Below, in pieces: positions 1-13,366 of a DNA stretch of 64,000 bases (within the stretch, counting starts at the first letter, position 1; the number at the start of each line of letters is the position of its first letter). Source of the stretch: Eledone cirrhosa (taxonomy: Eukaryota); assembly GCA_964016885.1 (NCBI GenBank), contig OZ024741.1, positions 126,914,001-126,978,000 of the forward strand, in the 5' to 3' direction. The position numbers and the translations under genes are program-made. The notes under the pieces are model-generated. The model saw nothing but the letters and a program-made list of their open reading frames with translations, was not told where the DNA came from and made no database searches.

Positions 1-839
1 TCCTTAACCACTGTGAGTGTTTTAGTGAAATTGATAGCTCTAAGGAGAAGTGGTAAAGTGATGGAGGAGTATTAATTGTTGATGTCGAATTGGATAAAAC
101 GGCAATGTTCCTTGTTACATATGCCGTTGAACCAATCAATCACCGCGAAAGAATTGTTCCACAGTGCAAGAGGGGCCAAACTTCTAATTTCCGGTATAAT
201 TCTATCAAGAATCCTTTTATTAAGTCTACCTAAATCGGGCTTCGTAGGGTTAATAAGCCGAATAGAGGGGTTGTTCGGAAAATTGGATTTGTGATCCTTA
301 AGGGTAAAGTGGGGAGAAATAGGGTCCAGAGGTTCGGTCCGGTCCAGGATGTTGAGATCAGATGTGATTTTAAACCCAGCATCGTTGCTTTCATTGATGA
401 CGCACCGATTAGTTTTACGGTAATCCTTAGTTACAGCATTATGTAGTAGTTGATGGTAAGTACTGCGCTCCACTTGGTATAGGTTGCAAGTTTTGTCGGA
501 ATGGACGCGCACGGCATTAGAATCCTTAATAGAACGAATTCTATTCTTCAGGTCTTGCTGGAAGGAATTGCTCCTATTCCGAAATTTGATACTCCGAATG
601 AGTTCCAAGACATTATTTTCGAAGGGTAGCAATGCTGGGTTACACGGGGGGTTATTATAGGTTTTAAATCCAAATTTATCCTGTTTGGTGTCTGCTTTTC
701 GCGGGTTATCGAAATAAAAGGCACGCCAACGCAACCTTTTAATGAACGCGTCTGTTTTCTGTATCAGGAGTTTTAGGTATGTTTTCCTGCTTGGTACGGG
801 TATGTTCTTTGTAGAAATATTCAGATGTTGTTTCTGCAT
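1..839 (-). pseudogene. Penelope-like element (PLE) ORF, N-terminal/RT-proximal fragment, interrupted and running off the window edge
   Basis: ORF 72..839 has the PLE-type N-terminus (STKNIPVPS..YLKLLIQKT..FIKRLRWRAFY, DKT.NLY, TLKDHK.NF.NNP..RLINP.K, FIQFDI = start of RT motif A). Stop at 72. Confidence 0.85.
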
Positions 840-993
840 GATGAATATAAGTCAGTAGAGTGCTCAACCGAGGGAGCCAAATATTAATAATAATAAATTT
901 CAAGACTAAAATCCAAAGAGGGCTCGATAAGGATAAATATATATCAAATATATAAGAACTGTAGAGCAAATATTTATTGAAATAACAGATTAA

Positions 994-1044
994 AATTTAA
1001 GCAAAGAATCGCTGCTTTCACCCTTAACGGGATCTTCTGAAACT
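994..1044 (-). ncRNA. Variant type I hammerhead ribozyme motif (core CAGAAGA) upstream of the PLE ORF
   Basis: Minus strand: agttt-CAGAAGA-tccc gttaa gggt-GAAA-gca gcgattctt tgc-TT-aaatt. Stems I, II and III pair. A second copy lies at 32328-32378. Confidence 0.55.
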
Positions 1045-1318
1045 AACAAAGTCAATCTGTAAACGCAGAGGTGGATATTTAAAAAAACGTTGCAACCGGA
1101 GGAAGACATGAAGACGATACTTTGGTTCGTGGAAACGTTCGCTGGCAAAGAACGGGAAAAAACGAATAAGATACGTCATTAATAGGAGCGATGAAAAACA
1201 ATTACGCGCAAAGACAGAACCACGTTTATGGTATAAAAGAGGTCGTAGACTAATGTTCTCTTAGGTTCTTATATATTTGATATATACTTGATATATATTT
1301 ATCCTTATCGAGCCCTCT

Positions 1319-1709
1319 ACGTCCTCATCAGATAAAATAAGATGATGCATGACATACCCTGACATAGTAGATGGTTAAGATTCAGTCATGGTAGTGAGTA
1401 ATATATATTAGTGAGTAATATGGTAGTGAATAATATATATTACTCACTACCATGACTGAATCTTAACCATCAACTATGTCAGGGTATCTCATGCATCATT
1501 TTATTTTATCTGATGAGGACGTACTGTTGAAGTTAACTCAGTACCTCTGAAATATGTATAATAAAATATACTTGATCACAAGAATATCTATTTTGTTAAT
1601 ATTTTGAATTAATATTAATAGCTCCGGAAAACCATTGTTGTTGAGTGCTTCCAATCTATTGTAAAACTCATTCTTTGATTTATTCATTGAACCTTGTTTA
1701 ACCTTTAAA
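1319..1709 (+). mobile_element. Non-autonomous PLE pseudo-LTR-like element with 5' inverted arm
   Basis: About 1319-1409 is the reverse complement of about 1432-1522. Ends in (TA)n, contains an HHR, and has a related copy at 18577-18830. Confidence 0.7.
1502..1568 (+). ncRNA. Minimal type I hammerhead ribozyme
   Basis: tattttat-CTGATGA-ggac gtactg..cagtac ctct-GAAA-tatgta-TA-ataaaata. Stem I is 8 bp, and stem III ATATGTAT is self-complementary with GU pairs. Confidence 0.8.
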
Positions 1710-1789
1710 TATATATATATAATGTATATGCATATATATGTATGTGTGTGTGTATATATGTGTGTGTATATGTATGTATATGATCATCA

Positions 1790-2015
1790 TCATTTTACGT
1801 CCGCTTTTCCCTACTTGCAAGGGTTGGCGGGTCCTATTCAGCACAACATCTCTACACCCGTCACGGTCCTTCGTCCTCTCCTCCTTCTCACCAGCCCCGC
1901 CCATGTTTTTTGTGGTCTACCTCTACTGGGACTTCCTGGCACTTCTTCACCCATCGGTCATCCTCCCTGCGCACCACATGTCCATACCATCTCAGCCTTC
2001 TCTCCTGCACACCAT
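1790..2015 (-). mobile_element. Short RTE-like LINE 3' relic
   Basis: Minus strand reads ..QERRLRWYGHVVR.. then a GRPR-like segment, ending in a (GAT)n-like tail at about 1781-1793. Confidence 0.5.
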
Positions 2016-2044
2016 GTATATATATATATATATATACATATATA

Positions 2045-2674
2045 TATAAAAAACACTTCCCACTACAACACCGCTACCACAACATAATTAACAAAAATAC
2101 CATCAAACTCTCTTACAGCACTACACCAAACTTCGCACAAAACATTGTCTCCTCCAACAACAAAAAACTCAACCCCGATGGAAGAAATAACCTAAATAGC
2201 AGTGGAGAGCCGACCAGGAGGTGCAACTGTCCTGATAAATCCATTTGCCCCCTCGACAACAGATGCAGAGACCGTAATGTGATCTACCAGTGCAACGTGA
2301 GGACGGACACCTCCAACAAAGCTTATATAGGATTAACCGCATGTGACTTCAAGACCCGGCTATACCAACACAGACATACCTTCCGAAACTCGGCCCGGCG
2401 TCACGCCACTACACTTTCGGGCCACATATGGGACCTCAAGGACAACAACATCACCTATGATCTCACTTGGAGATTACTGTCCAGAGCGAACTCTTACACG
2501 GGAGGACGCCGTCCGTGCAATTTATGCTCGGAGGAAACTTTACAAATGCTGTTTTCGACGGACCAACTCCTAAACAAGAAAGATGAACTGGTTACTGCAT
2601 GTAAAGACAGATTGCGTAGGACTTACCTCGCCCTCAAACCCCATAATGACCCGGGGGGTAGACTAGGGCTATAA
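2045..2674 (+). pseudogene. PLE C-terminal Cys-rich linker plus GIY-YIG endonuclease (Neptune-like)
   Basis: IN.NTIKLSYS, CNC....CPL...C, NVIYQC..KAYIGLT..FKTRLYQH..TF, L..HIW.LK, CNLCSEE, LLNKKDEL in ORF 1910..2674. The first ~45 codons of that ORF are unrelated repeat. Confidence 0.88.
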
Positions 2675-3422
2675 CACACCCCACTTGCCGATTTTGTAAT
2701 GGGTAACCCCTGCTTGCCAAGGGAGACGTAAGATCTTTTATATTCTTTTATCGCTTCCTCTATATTTCCTTCTTCCCCCCATCCCTCCTTGGTCCTTCTA
2801 CCCAGTTCTTTTTCTTTGTAGGCGTCTTTTTCTCGCCCACTCGAGGCAGCCCCTCGGCCCCTTGTAGCCTCAGTACCCCACGCCCTCCCCTATTCTATGA
2901 TAGATTTGGCGGACTCCGCTTTTTATAGCAGTTGTGTTAGACCTCGGATACTTGCCCCCTTATCCGACCGCTGCCCCTTTTTTTCCGTGCCTTCTATATT
3001 TCTTAGTGGCATCTTTGCTTTAATTTCTCGTTTATTCAGTATTTCTTTCTTCTCTTTTCTTTTGGGCGGGGGGGATTCTGAATTAATTTTTCGTATTTTA
3101 CTTTTACTTCGTACGAACTTTCCTGTAGCTTGTATAAGAACTTTTGTAGCGTGGCGGTTCCCTTAGAGTTAGCATTAGTATATTTTTTTCGGGACTCTGA
3201 ATTATTATTTCGTACTAGTTTACTTTTCTGCACTGGGTGGTTGCTGGCCTTGTGCCTGGGGTAGAAAACTTTATTAATTATTTCGTGGTAGTTTCTTTAG
3301 TATTTTGCCCCCCCCCCCCTTTGTTGACCCGTTACCGTATGATATACGTACTTATACCTCTTAAAAGGGTCCCTTCTTATTCCGTCCCACCTAGTCTATT
3401 TATTTATTATTTCTTTCTTTCT

Positions 3423-3457
<35 letters not shown>

Positions 3458-3776
3458 GCCTAGCAATAGTGAGAGACTTAGGTCGTAGAAATTGCTTATT
3501 TTTTTCTTTATATTTATTTTTTTTAAATATATTTTTACCCTTCATTGTTCTAGTTACCGTTTCGACTTCCTCCCCCTCCCCCTCCCTAGTATCTTCTTTG
3601 ACCTCACGCCCAGCTGTAGCCGGCACTACCAACGCTTGAATGTGTCTACTCCACCCCTCCCCTTTTTCTCCTACTGGCAGGTTTAGCTACCCCTTCCCCC
3701 ACTAATTTGCCATCACAGAATTACTACTAACTTGTGACCAATCCTTGTGACAATCACTTTGACCATATATGGAATT

Positions 3777-3869
3777 ACCCCTTGAGAAGCTCGGCTATTT
3801 AAATACCAGGATAAATTTTCATTTAGTCCAGAATTAGCCGTCGAAACGGCTTGAGCTCAGCCGTCGGGT
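3777..3869 (+). ncRNA. Type I hammerhead-like motif with degenerate core
   Basis: accc-CTTGAGA-..cggcta….tagccgtc-GAAA-cggct tgagctc agccg-TC-gggt. All three stems pair, but the core deviates from CTGANGA. Confidence 0.6.
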
Positions 3870-3959
3870 TCTTACTGGTTCCTATTACCCACTCTATTAC
3901 CCTAAGTATTGAGTACTTTGGTGCGTTATGGTCCACCTGGTTCCTTACCACATTTACTT

Positions 3960-4001
<42 letters not shown>

Positions 4002-4253
4002 ATTATCGTTGGGTATGTGTATGAGTTGATGCATGTGTATGTATTTATATGTATATATGTATATGTATGTTGATATTTTTTATATACACATATATGTATG
4101 TATATGTGTATTTATGAGTATGTATACACACTCATATATGTACGTTTGGTGAACCTATGTGTTTTTACCTGTAGTTATGTGTGTGTGTGTGTGTGTGCGT
4201 TATAGACGCTTTTTTACGCGTATATTTATATATGTATATAAAATTATATGTAT

Positions 4254-4285
<32 letters not shown>

Positions 4286-4458
4286 GTTTTGGTTTATACG
4301 TTCGTATGTGTGCGGGTGTATTAGTCTAATGATTAGACTAATATTGGCGTGATTAGACTAATAAGCCGAGAATGATTTTCGGCTTCGGTGTTAAGAATAA
4401 TGTAAATAACATAGTTGAGCGAAAATGACAGAGGTTGTTAAAATCATAAAAGCAATAA

Positions 4459-4640
4459 TTGTTTCTAATTTTGGCACAAGGCCAGCAATTACCCAGTGTA
4501 TTACTGGTACTTTATTTTATCGACCCTGTAAGGATGAAAGCCAAAGTTAACCTCGGCGGGATTTGAACTCAGAATGGCAAGGACCGTAACTCTATGCGTC
4601 AAAGAATGGCGTCCGACCCTCTACCGATACTGCCAATATA
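4459..4640 (-). mobile_element. SINE (octopus-type family)
   Basis: ggcacaaggccagcaattacccagtg..tactggtactttattttatcgaccc..aaggatgaaag..gatttgaactcag, which includes a reverse-complement B-box. The motif recurs throughout the window. Confidence 0.8.
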
Positions 4641-5031
4641 CACACATCTATAAACGTACAAACACGTTCTTACGCGAAAATACACACCATGCATGCATAT
4701 ACATGCACGTACACATAAACACGCGCACACGTACGTAATCCGGTGCGACATATACACCCGCACACATACGAACGTATACACCAATATACACATATATATA
4801 TATATGTGTGTGTGTGTATACATATAATTTTATATACATATATAAATATACACGTAAAAAAGCGTCTATAACGCACACACACACATACATAGCTACAGGT
4901 AAAGACACATATGTTCACAAAACGTACATATATGAGTGTGTATGTGTGCAAACACACTTACACACTCATACATACTCATAAATACACATATACATACATA
5001 TATGTGTATATAAGTATATAAAATAATATCA

Positions 5032-5110
<79 letters not shown>

Positions 5111-5211
5111 TATACATATATACATATATATGTATACATATATATGTATATATATATACATATATATTTATACATATATATGTATATATATGTATATATA
5201 TATATATACTG

Positions 5212-5286
<75 letters not shown>

Positions 5287-5581
5287 TGTATATGTATATA
5301 CGAGGAAGAGAGAGAGATGTTAAAATTGTAAACTATTATGGGAATTAAAAGATCATTAGTCATGTACAATTAATTAGGCGATTCATACGTCACGTATTCA
5401 TCATGGAGAAAAAGTGAGTCAAAATTGAAAAGCAATAATCAATTCCTCGCACCAATATTTTAAAAACAGATCTTGTTTAATTGATATGTTGATATGTTGA
5501 TATGGGCATTTTATATACATACATACATACATACATACATACATACATACATACATACATACATACCTACCTACATACATA

Positions 5582-6117
5582 CATGGGGGCTGCCAACTCG
5601 TTTTCGAGTACGGCCACTACTTTATAACCATGCGCTGAACGAGTGTGACTTTTTAGTCCAGCCAGCGACGTGAAAACTCTGGTACAAACACTACATTTGT
5701 GACAATTATTGACACATAGTGCTGGGCCCATGGTACCATGTGACGACAAGTGCAGAGAGATCTCCAGATATAAGCAATTCCTGTGCCATGAAGCTTTTAT
5801 AGTGAGCAAAGGCACTGCACAAAGCCAGTCCCACTCTCTTAACCAAGATGATATTTACCAAAAAGAAGAACAAGTCAACATAATTGGATACCATCAGGTT
5901 TGCAGGTGTTATATCAGAGTTTTCCTTCTCCTAGAATTCTGCCTTGACAAAGGCTAATGCGTCATCTCTCCCAGTGATTTTGGATGGCCATTGACTCTTA
6001 AGACAGGTTTTGTTTTTAGTCCTGCAGGATGTCCAAAGTCACCCTCCTCACCAAGAAACCTTGGTGGGGGGGTTGCCAGTTTAGTCGCCAACGACCCGAC
6101 CATGAGACAGGTTGTAC
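5582..6117 (-). mobile_element. Non-autonomous RTE-derived element in (CATA)n
   Basis: RTE-type 5' UTR motif ctaggagaaggaaaactctga and C-terminal C2H2 remnant HKCSVCTRVFTSLAGLKSHTRSAH. (TATG)n on both sides. Homologous to 34060-34665. Confidence 0.7.
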
Positions 6118-6267
6118 ATACATACATACGTACATACATACATACATACATACATACATACATACATACATACATACATACATACATACATACATACATT
6201 TGTGTGTGCGTGCGTATTAAGTATTTCTTTGGCAATGATTCATTTATGTTAATTTGTGATTTCTATT

Positions 6268-6323
<56 letters not shown>

Positions 6324-7696
6324 CGCGTGCGTGCATGTGTGTGTATGTATGTCTGTCTGTGTGTGTTTCTGGTAATGTCTAGCTATATGTGTTCATTTGC
6401 TGTTCCAGTCCAACATTTCCTATCCCTTCCGTCATCACTCTTACAGTCAGACAATTGAATCTAGGATTATCATAAGGTGGTGTATGGATGTTTGCAAACT
6501 GGAGAATAATTAAATGTTGAAAAATGTGAATAAGTGTTTTAATTTACATCATGGAAATAGATTGTGCTTTGCATTCGGTTTGCAGTAATAATCGAATATA
6601 TAGCAAACATTCTGACAATTTACAATTAAATCTAATCGATATCGTCTACTTAAATGCGTGAAAACATTTATATTAATTTTTCACTAGTATTTCCAAAGGA
6701 TTGATGAAAGATGCCACGATTATTTACATCACTATTTTCATAGATGACAAGAATAGTCCATAATTGCTGGTTTGATGATAATAAACTATTTCATAGTGTT
6801 TGTGTCTAAAATATACAGGGTGGGCCATAATTTATTAGCTTGCTGTTAAGAAATATGAATAAAATAAGGAAACAATTGGTCGACAAGGTCACAGATTTCG
6901 TTCACTTACTGAGTGGGGTGAAACTCGTCAAATCGTACCAAAGAAGAAAATGTTTCCATTGATGTTTCCATTGCTGATACTATCTACTGGCCGCAGCTTC
7001 TGGCGGAATGAGAAACGTGAAACGGCAAGTGCCTTACTCAAGGACATAAAGCATCGAAACCTCACGATCGTGAATCCGATTCTCTAACCACAGCCTCTCG
7101 CCATCACCATATAAAAAAATAAACTATAATGATATTAAATTATATTATAAAAGCAATATATACAGACAATTCATGTAAGTATATATAGTTATATGAAATG
7201 TTCAAAATATTGTCTGTTTGTCTTGATACAAGCACCCCATTAATATGATTCATTGTATAAAGTAAGCTAAGAATTACTCACCCCATCTAAACACATGCGT
7301 GCTTTTTCTCCAATTTCTTTTTCCGTTCCTTCCTTTTCTCACTCTCTATCTATTTCTTATTTTATATCTCATTCTATCTTATGATGAACGAGTGTCCGAA
7401 ACGTTAATACGCTTTTCCTACTATATCAAGCGTTGAACTAATATATTTCTTCGTTGTATTATACTGTTTGCTTTGTTGTTTCCGTTTACGTTTCGCATAC
7501 ATATGTATCAATCGTTGCTGCATCACAATTTCAAGAATTTTCACCACCTGATCCCCCTTTCCATATGGATGGCATGAAAATGAATCTTCAACCCTGTCAA
7601 GGATTTGCATTTCCTTTTGCATATGCTGCGGTGATGAACATTACTTCCCCTTTGGTTCTCTGTGTTGTTTTGATAAGTTTTTCAAATGACATACAT

Positions 7697-8641
<945 letters not shown>

Positions 8642-8660
8642 TATAGATATAGAGATATAT

Positions 8661-8728
8661 GGTGTTAATCCTCTACGGAACTGAAAGCATATATGATATG
8701 CTTTCAGTTCCGTAGAGGATTAACACCA
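8661..8728. repeat. Hairpin (~32-bp arms) at the start of an HHR-bearing element
   Basis: ggtgttaatcctctacggaactgaaagcatat / atatgctttcagttccgtagaggattaacacc. Confidence 0.9.
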
Positions 8729-8815
8729 CACTCTGGATTTTAATAATCAACAGATTAACAAGGAAAAATCTATTCCAACATTATATTTTCCTGTTTTTTT
8801 TCTATTCGAGTTCTA

Positions 8816-8874
8816 ACTGCCTGATGTGGTCATAGCTGTTGAGTAATGGTTATCACCGAAATATATATACCAGT
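8816..8874 (+). ncRNA. Degenerate minimal type I hammerhead
   Basis: actgc-CTGATGT-ggtcatagctgtt gagt aatggttatcacc-GAAA-tatata-TA-ccagt. A9 is mutated and stem I has one mismatch. Confidence 0.55.
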
Positions 8875-9016
8875 GAATTTGAATAAACGAAGTTAATTTT
8901 AAACTGCTGACTTACACTTCTTGTTTGTACATTACTCCGGAGTAAACAGACTCACCTGCGCATTTCTTTGAATGTTCTACCCTGCATACTGAAGTGTCGG
9001 TAAACAACCAACACCT

Positions 9017-9611
9017 ACTGACGAAGGACTAATTTTATCATATGTAACCCATGTGCAACCACGCAGTATTCTTCTTTCTTCTCATGTTTTTTATATATAT
9101 TTACCTCGGCTGCGTTTGTCTGTTTCTCTCTTACTGCTTCCCCGTTCTCTCTGTTGCTCTCACCTTCTTTCGCCCCCTCTGTCAGTTACACTTTCTCTCG
9201 ACTGACCTCTTCCTCGCACTTCCACTCACTAACTCTCTGTTTCTCCCCTTCTCACTTCCTCCCGTTTGGCTAGTAGTGGGGTCTCTTCTTGCTCACATCT
9301 CACTCACGTCGGACGGTCTGTATCTTGATCGCTCATGAAATCCACCCAGTTTATGCTGACCGGATAACCATGTTGCTTGTTTATTTTCCTATCTTCGGTT
9401 TGCTTTTATCCTTCTATGTTGTTTACTTGTCTCACTCGCTTTACGCGATTTACTTGTCCCAATAGCTTTTTTTAGTTATTGCTCGCACCAACCTGAGGTA
9501 TATGATTTTTAATGCGATGAAATATCAATGATGGTTGGCAAATCACTGACGAAGGACTAATTTTATCACATGTAACCCATGTGCAACAACGCAGTATTCT
9601 TCTTTCTTCTC

Positions 9612-9620
<9 letters not shown>
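9017..9620 (+). mobile_element. Tandem non-coding element (528-nt unit) carrying the permuted HHR motif
   Basis: CTGACGA at 9018 and 9546, with the full motif at 9488-9565. Near-identical reverse-complement copy at 24635-25310. Confidence 0.75.
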
Positions 9621-9640
<20 letters not shown>

Positions 9641-9642
<2 letters not shown>

Positions 9643-10953
9643 GAAAAAGTGAGTCCTTCATCAGTGACCCTCCAACCGTCCTCGGCATTTCATCGCTTTA
9701 AGGGCCATATGCCTCAGGTTGGTGCGAACAACGGCTAAAAAAAGTCGTTGGGACACGTAAATAAAGGGGGACGCTAGAGTAACAACAAAAAGGTTTAAGC
9801 AACGGAAAGTGAGTAGAAATAGACAAGTCCCAGATCTCTATGAATATAAACTCTGTGAAATCGTGAACAAGAGACGAAAGACCATCAAACCTGGTTGAAA
9901 TGTGAGCAAGGAAAGAATTTCGCCCAAGTTTGACGGGGGGGAAAAAAGAGAGAGAGAGAGAAAGAAAAAGGAGAGAAGAGGAAGAAGAAGAAGAAGGAGA
10001 AGAAGAAGAAGAAGAAGATAAGGGGTCTGGTCTACGAATTCGGTAAACGCAAGTTTTTGTGAAGTCGCAGACGAAAGAGAGAGAGAAGTGGTAAAGATAC
10101 AAGGAACGAAACAGACGAAGGCAGCATGGAAAAAATATATGTGTAAATATGATGATAATAATGGAGCTGCGGCGTTGCAAATGGGATACATATGAAAAAG
10201 TGAGTCCTTCATCAGTGACCCTCCAACCGTCCTCGGCATTTCATCGCTTTAAGGGCCATATGCCTCAGGTTGGTGCGAACAACGGCTAAAAAAAGTCGTT
10301 GGGACACGTAAATAAAGGGGGACGCTAGAGTAACAACAAAAAGGTTTAAGCAACGGAAAGTGAGTAGAAATAGACAAGTCCCAGATCTCTATGAATATAA
10401 ACTCTGTGAAATCGTGAACAAGAGACGAAAGACCATCAAACCTGGTTGAAATGTGAGCAAGGAAAGAATTTCGCCCAAGTTTGACGGGGGGGAAAAAGAG
10501 AGAGAGAGAGAGAAAGAAAAAGGAGAGAAGAAGAAGAAGAAGAAGAAGAAGAAGAAGAAGAAGAAGAAGAAGAAGAAGATAAGGGGGTCTGGTCTACGAA
10601 TTCGGTAAACGCAAGTTTTTGTGAAGTCGCAGACGAAAGAGAGAGAGAAAAAAATTCCATACCAGCTCGGTCAAGACTGCGCGAGAAAAGAATTACACAC
10701 AGGTCAAACTTGAAGGAGGAGGAGGAAAGAGGAGGAGGAGAGGTAGTGACAGAGAATGAGTGAGTGAAAGTTGAGGAGAGGGTAACAGAGAGGGAGACTG
10801 CTAGAAGTGGTAAAGATACAAGGAACGAAACAGACGAAGGCAGCATGGAAAAAATATATGTGTAAATATGATGATAATAATGGAGCTGCGGCGTTGCAAA
10901 TGGGATACATATGAAAAAGTGAGTCCTTCATCAGTGACCCTCCAACCGTCCTC
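9641..10953 (-). mobile_element. Tandem non-coding element (551- and 719-nt units) carrying the permuted HHR motif
   Basis: CTGATGA (minus strand) at 9658, 10209 and 10928. Internal (GA)/(GAA) tracts and (TA)n flanks. Confidence 0.75.
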
Positions 10954-11074
10954 ATATATATATATATATATATATATACTTCCCCTTTGGTTCCCTGTTT
11001 TGTTTTCGTGAGTTTTCAAATGACATACATACATATGATATATATACACACACACGCATATATATATATATATA

Positions 11075-12715
<1,641 letters not shown>

Positions 12716-12720
<5 letters not shown>

Positions 12721-13022
12721 TATCTATACGTACATATATATATGTATACAGACGTACAGTAGGGCAACGTACAAAAGGGCAACGATGTTTGCTAAACACT
12801 GTACGGCTTAATTCGGGCTGTTTGTTTGTTTACAAACAAACAGAAAATTATAAATGTTCGGTAAAAACGATACGTACATATGTATATGTGTGCATGTATG
12901 TATATATGTATATATACATACTACTGTACGTCTGTATACATATATGTATGTACGTATACATACTTTTATTTAAGTAACAGCCGTACTAAGAGTGAGAAAT
13001 GAAATTTCGTTTCATTTTTTCC

Positions 13023-13027
<5 letters not shown>
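12716..13027 (+). mobile_element. Truncated copy of the 425-nt HHR element family (see 30963-31815) with short inverted 5' arm
   Basis: acaaaagggcaacga..ctaaacactgtacggcttaattcggg..taagagtgagaaatgaaatttcg. 12716-12762 is the inverse of about 12921-12966. Confidence 0.65.
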
Positions 13028-13071
<44 letters not shown>

Positions 13072-13099
13072 ATCAAAAGATGGTTAAATGAGTTCCATG

Positions 13100-13170
13100 T
13101 ATTTTATTATGCGCATTTCAAAAACAAATATTATCATGCAATAACATTTGTGTTTTCATCAGATAAAATA
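13100..13170 (-). ncRNA. Minimal type I hammerhead ribozyme (inverted arm)
   Basis: Reverse complement of 13297-13366 with the core intact. Confidence 0.8.
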
Positions 13171-13296
13171 GGAGGACATGATATGAACGTTAAAAAACAC
13201 TTGTGGATAGTGCAGTTTTAAATCAACATATCATGATATGTTGATTTAAAACTGCACTATCCACAAGTGTTTTTTAACCTTCATATCATGTCCTCC

Positions 13297-13366
13297 TATT
13301 TTATCTGATGAAAAACAAATGTTATTGCATGATGATATTTGTTTTTGAAATGCGCATAATAAAATA
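13297..13366 (+). ncRNA. Minimal type I hammerhead ribozyme
   Basis: tattttat-CTGATGA-aaaacaaatgttatt gcat gatgatatttgttttt-GAAA-tgcgca-TA-ataaaata. Stem III ATGCGCAT is a palindrome. Confidence 0.85.

Larger units (their letters stand above)
2045..3965 (+). mobile_element. 5'-truncated Penelope-like element: GIY-YIG endonuclease, long 3' region and terminal HHR, flanked by (TA)n
   Basis: GIY-YIG coding region at about 2045-2674, HHR-like motif at 3777-3869, (TA)n on both sides. Confidence 0.7.

Noticed and set aside
7380-7410. ATGATGA..GAAACGTTA hammerhead-like text
   Set aside because: C3 is missing and there is no convincing stem I or II.
9051-10955. Hydrophobic or Ser-rich ORFs in the tandem elements
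   Set aside because: They arise from GA/GAA tracts, and frames are not conserved between copies.
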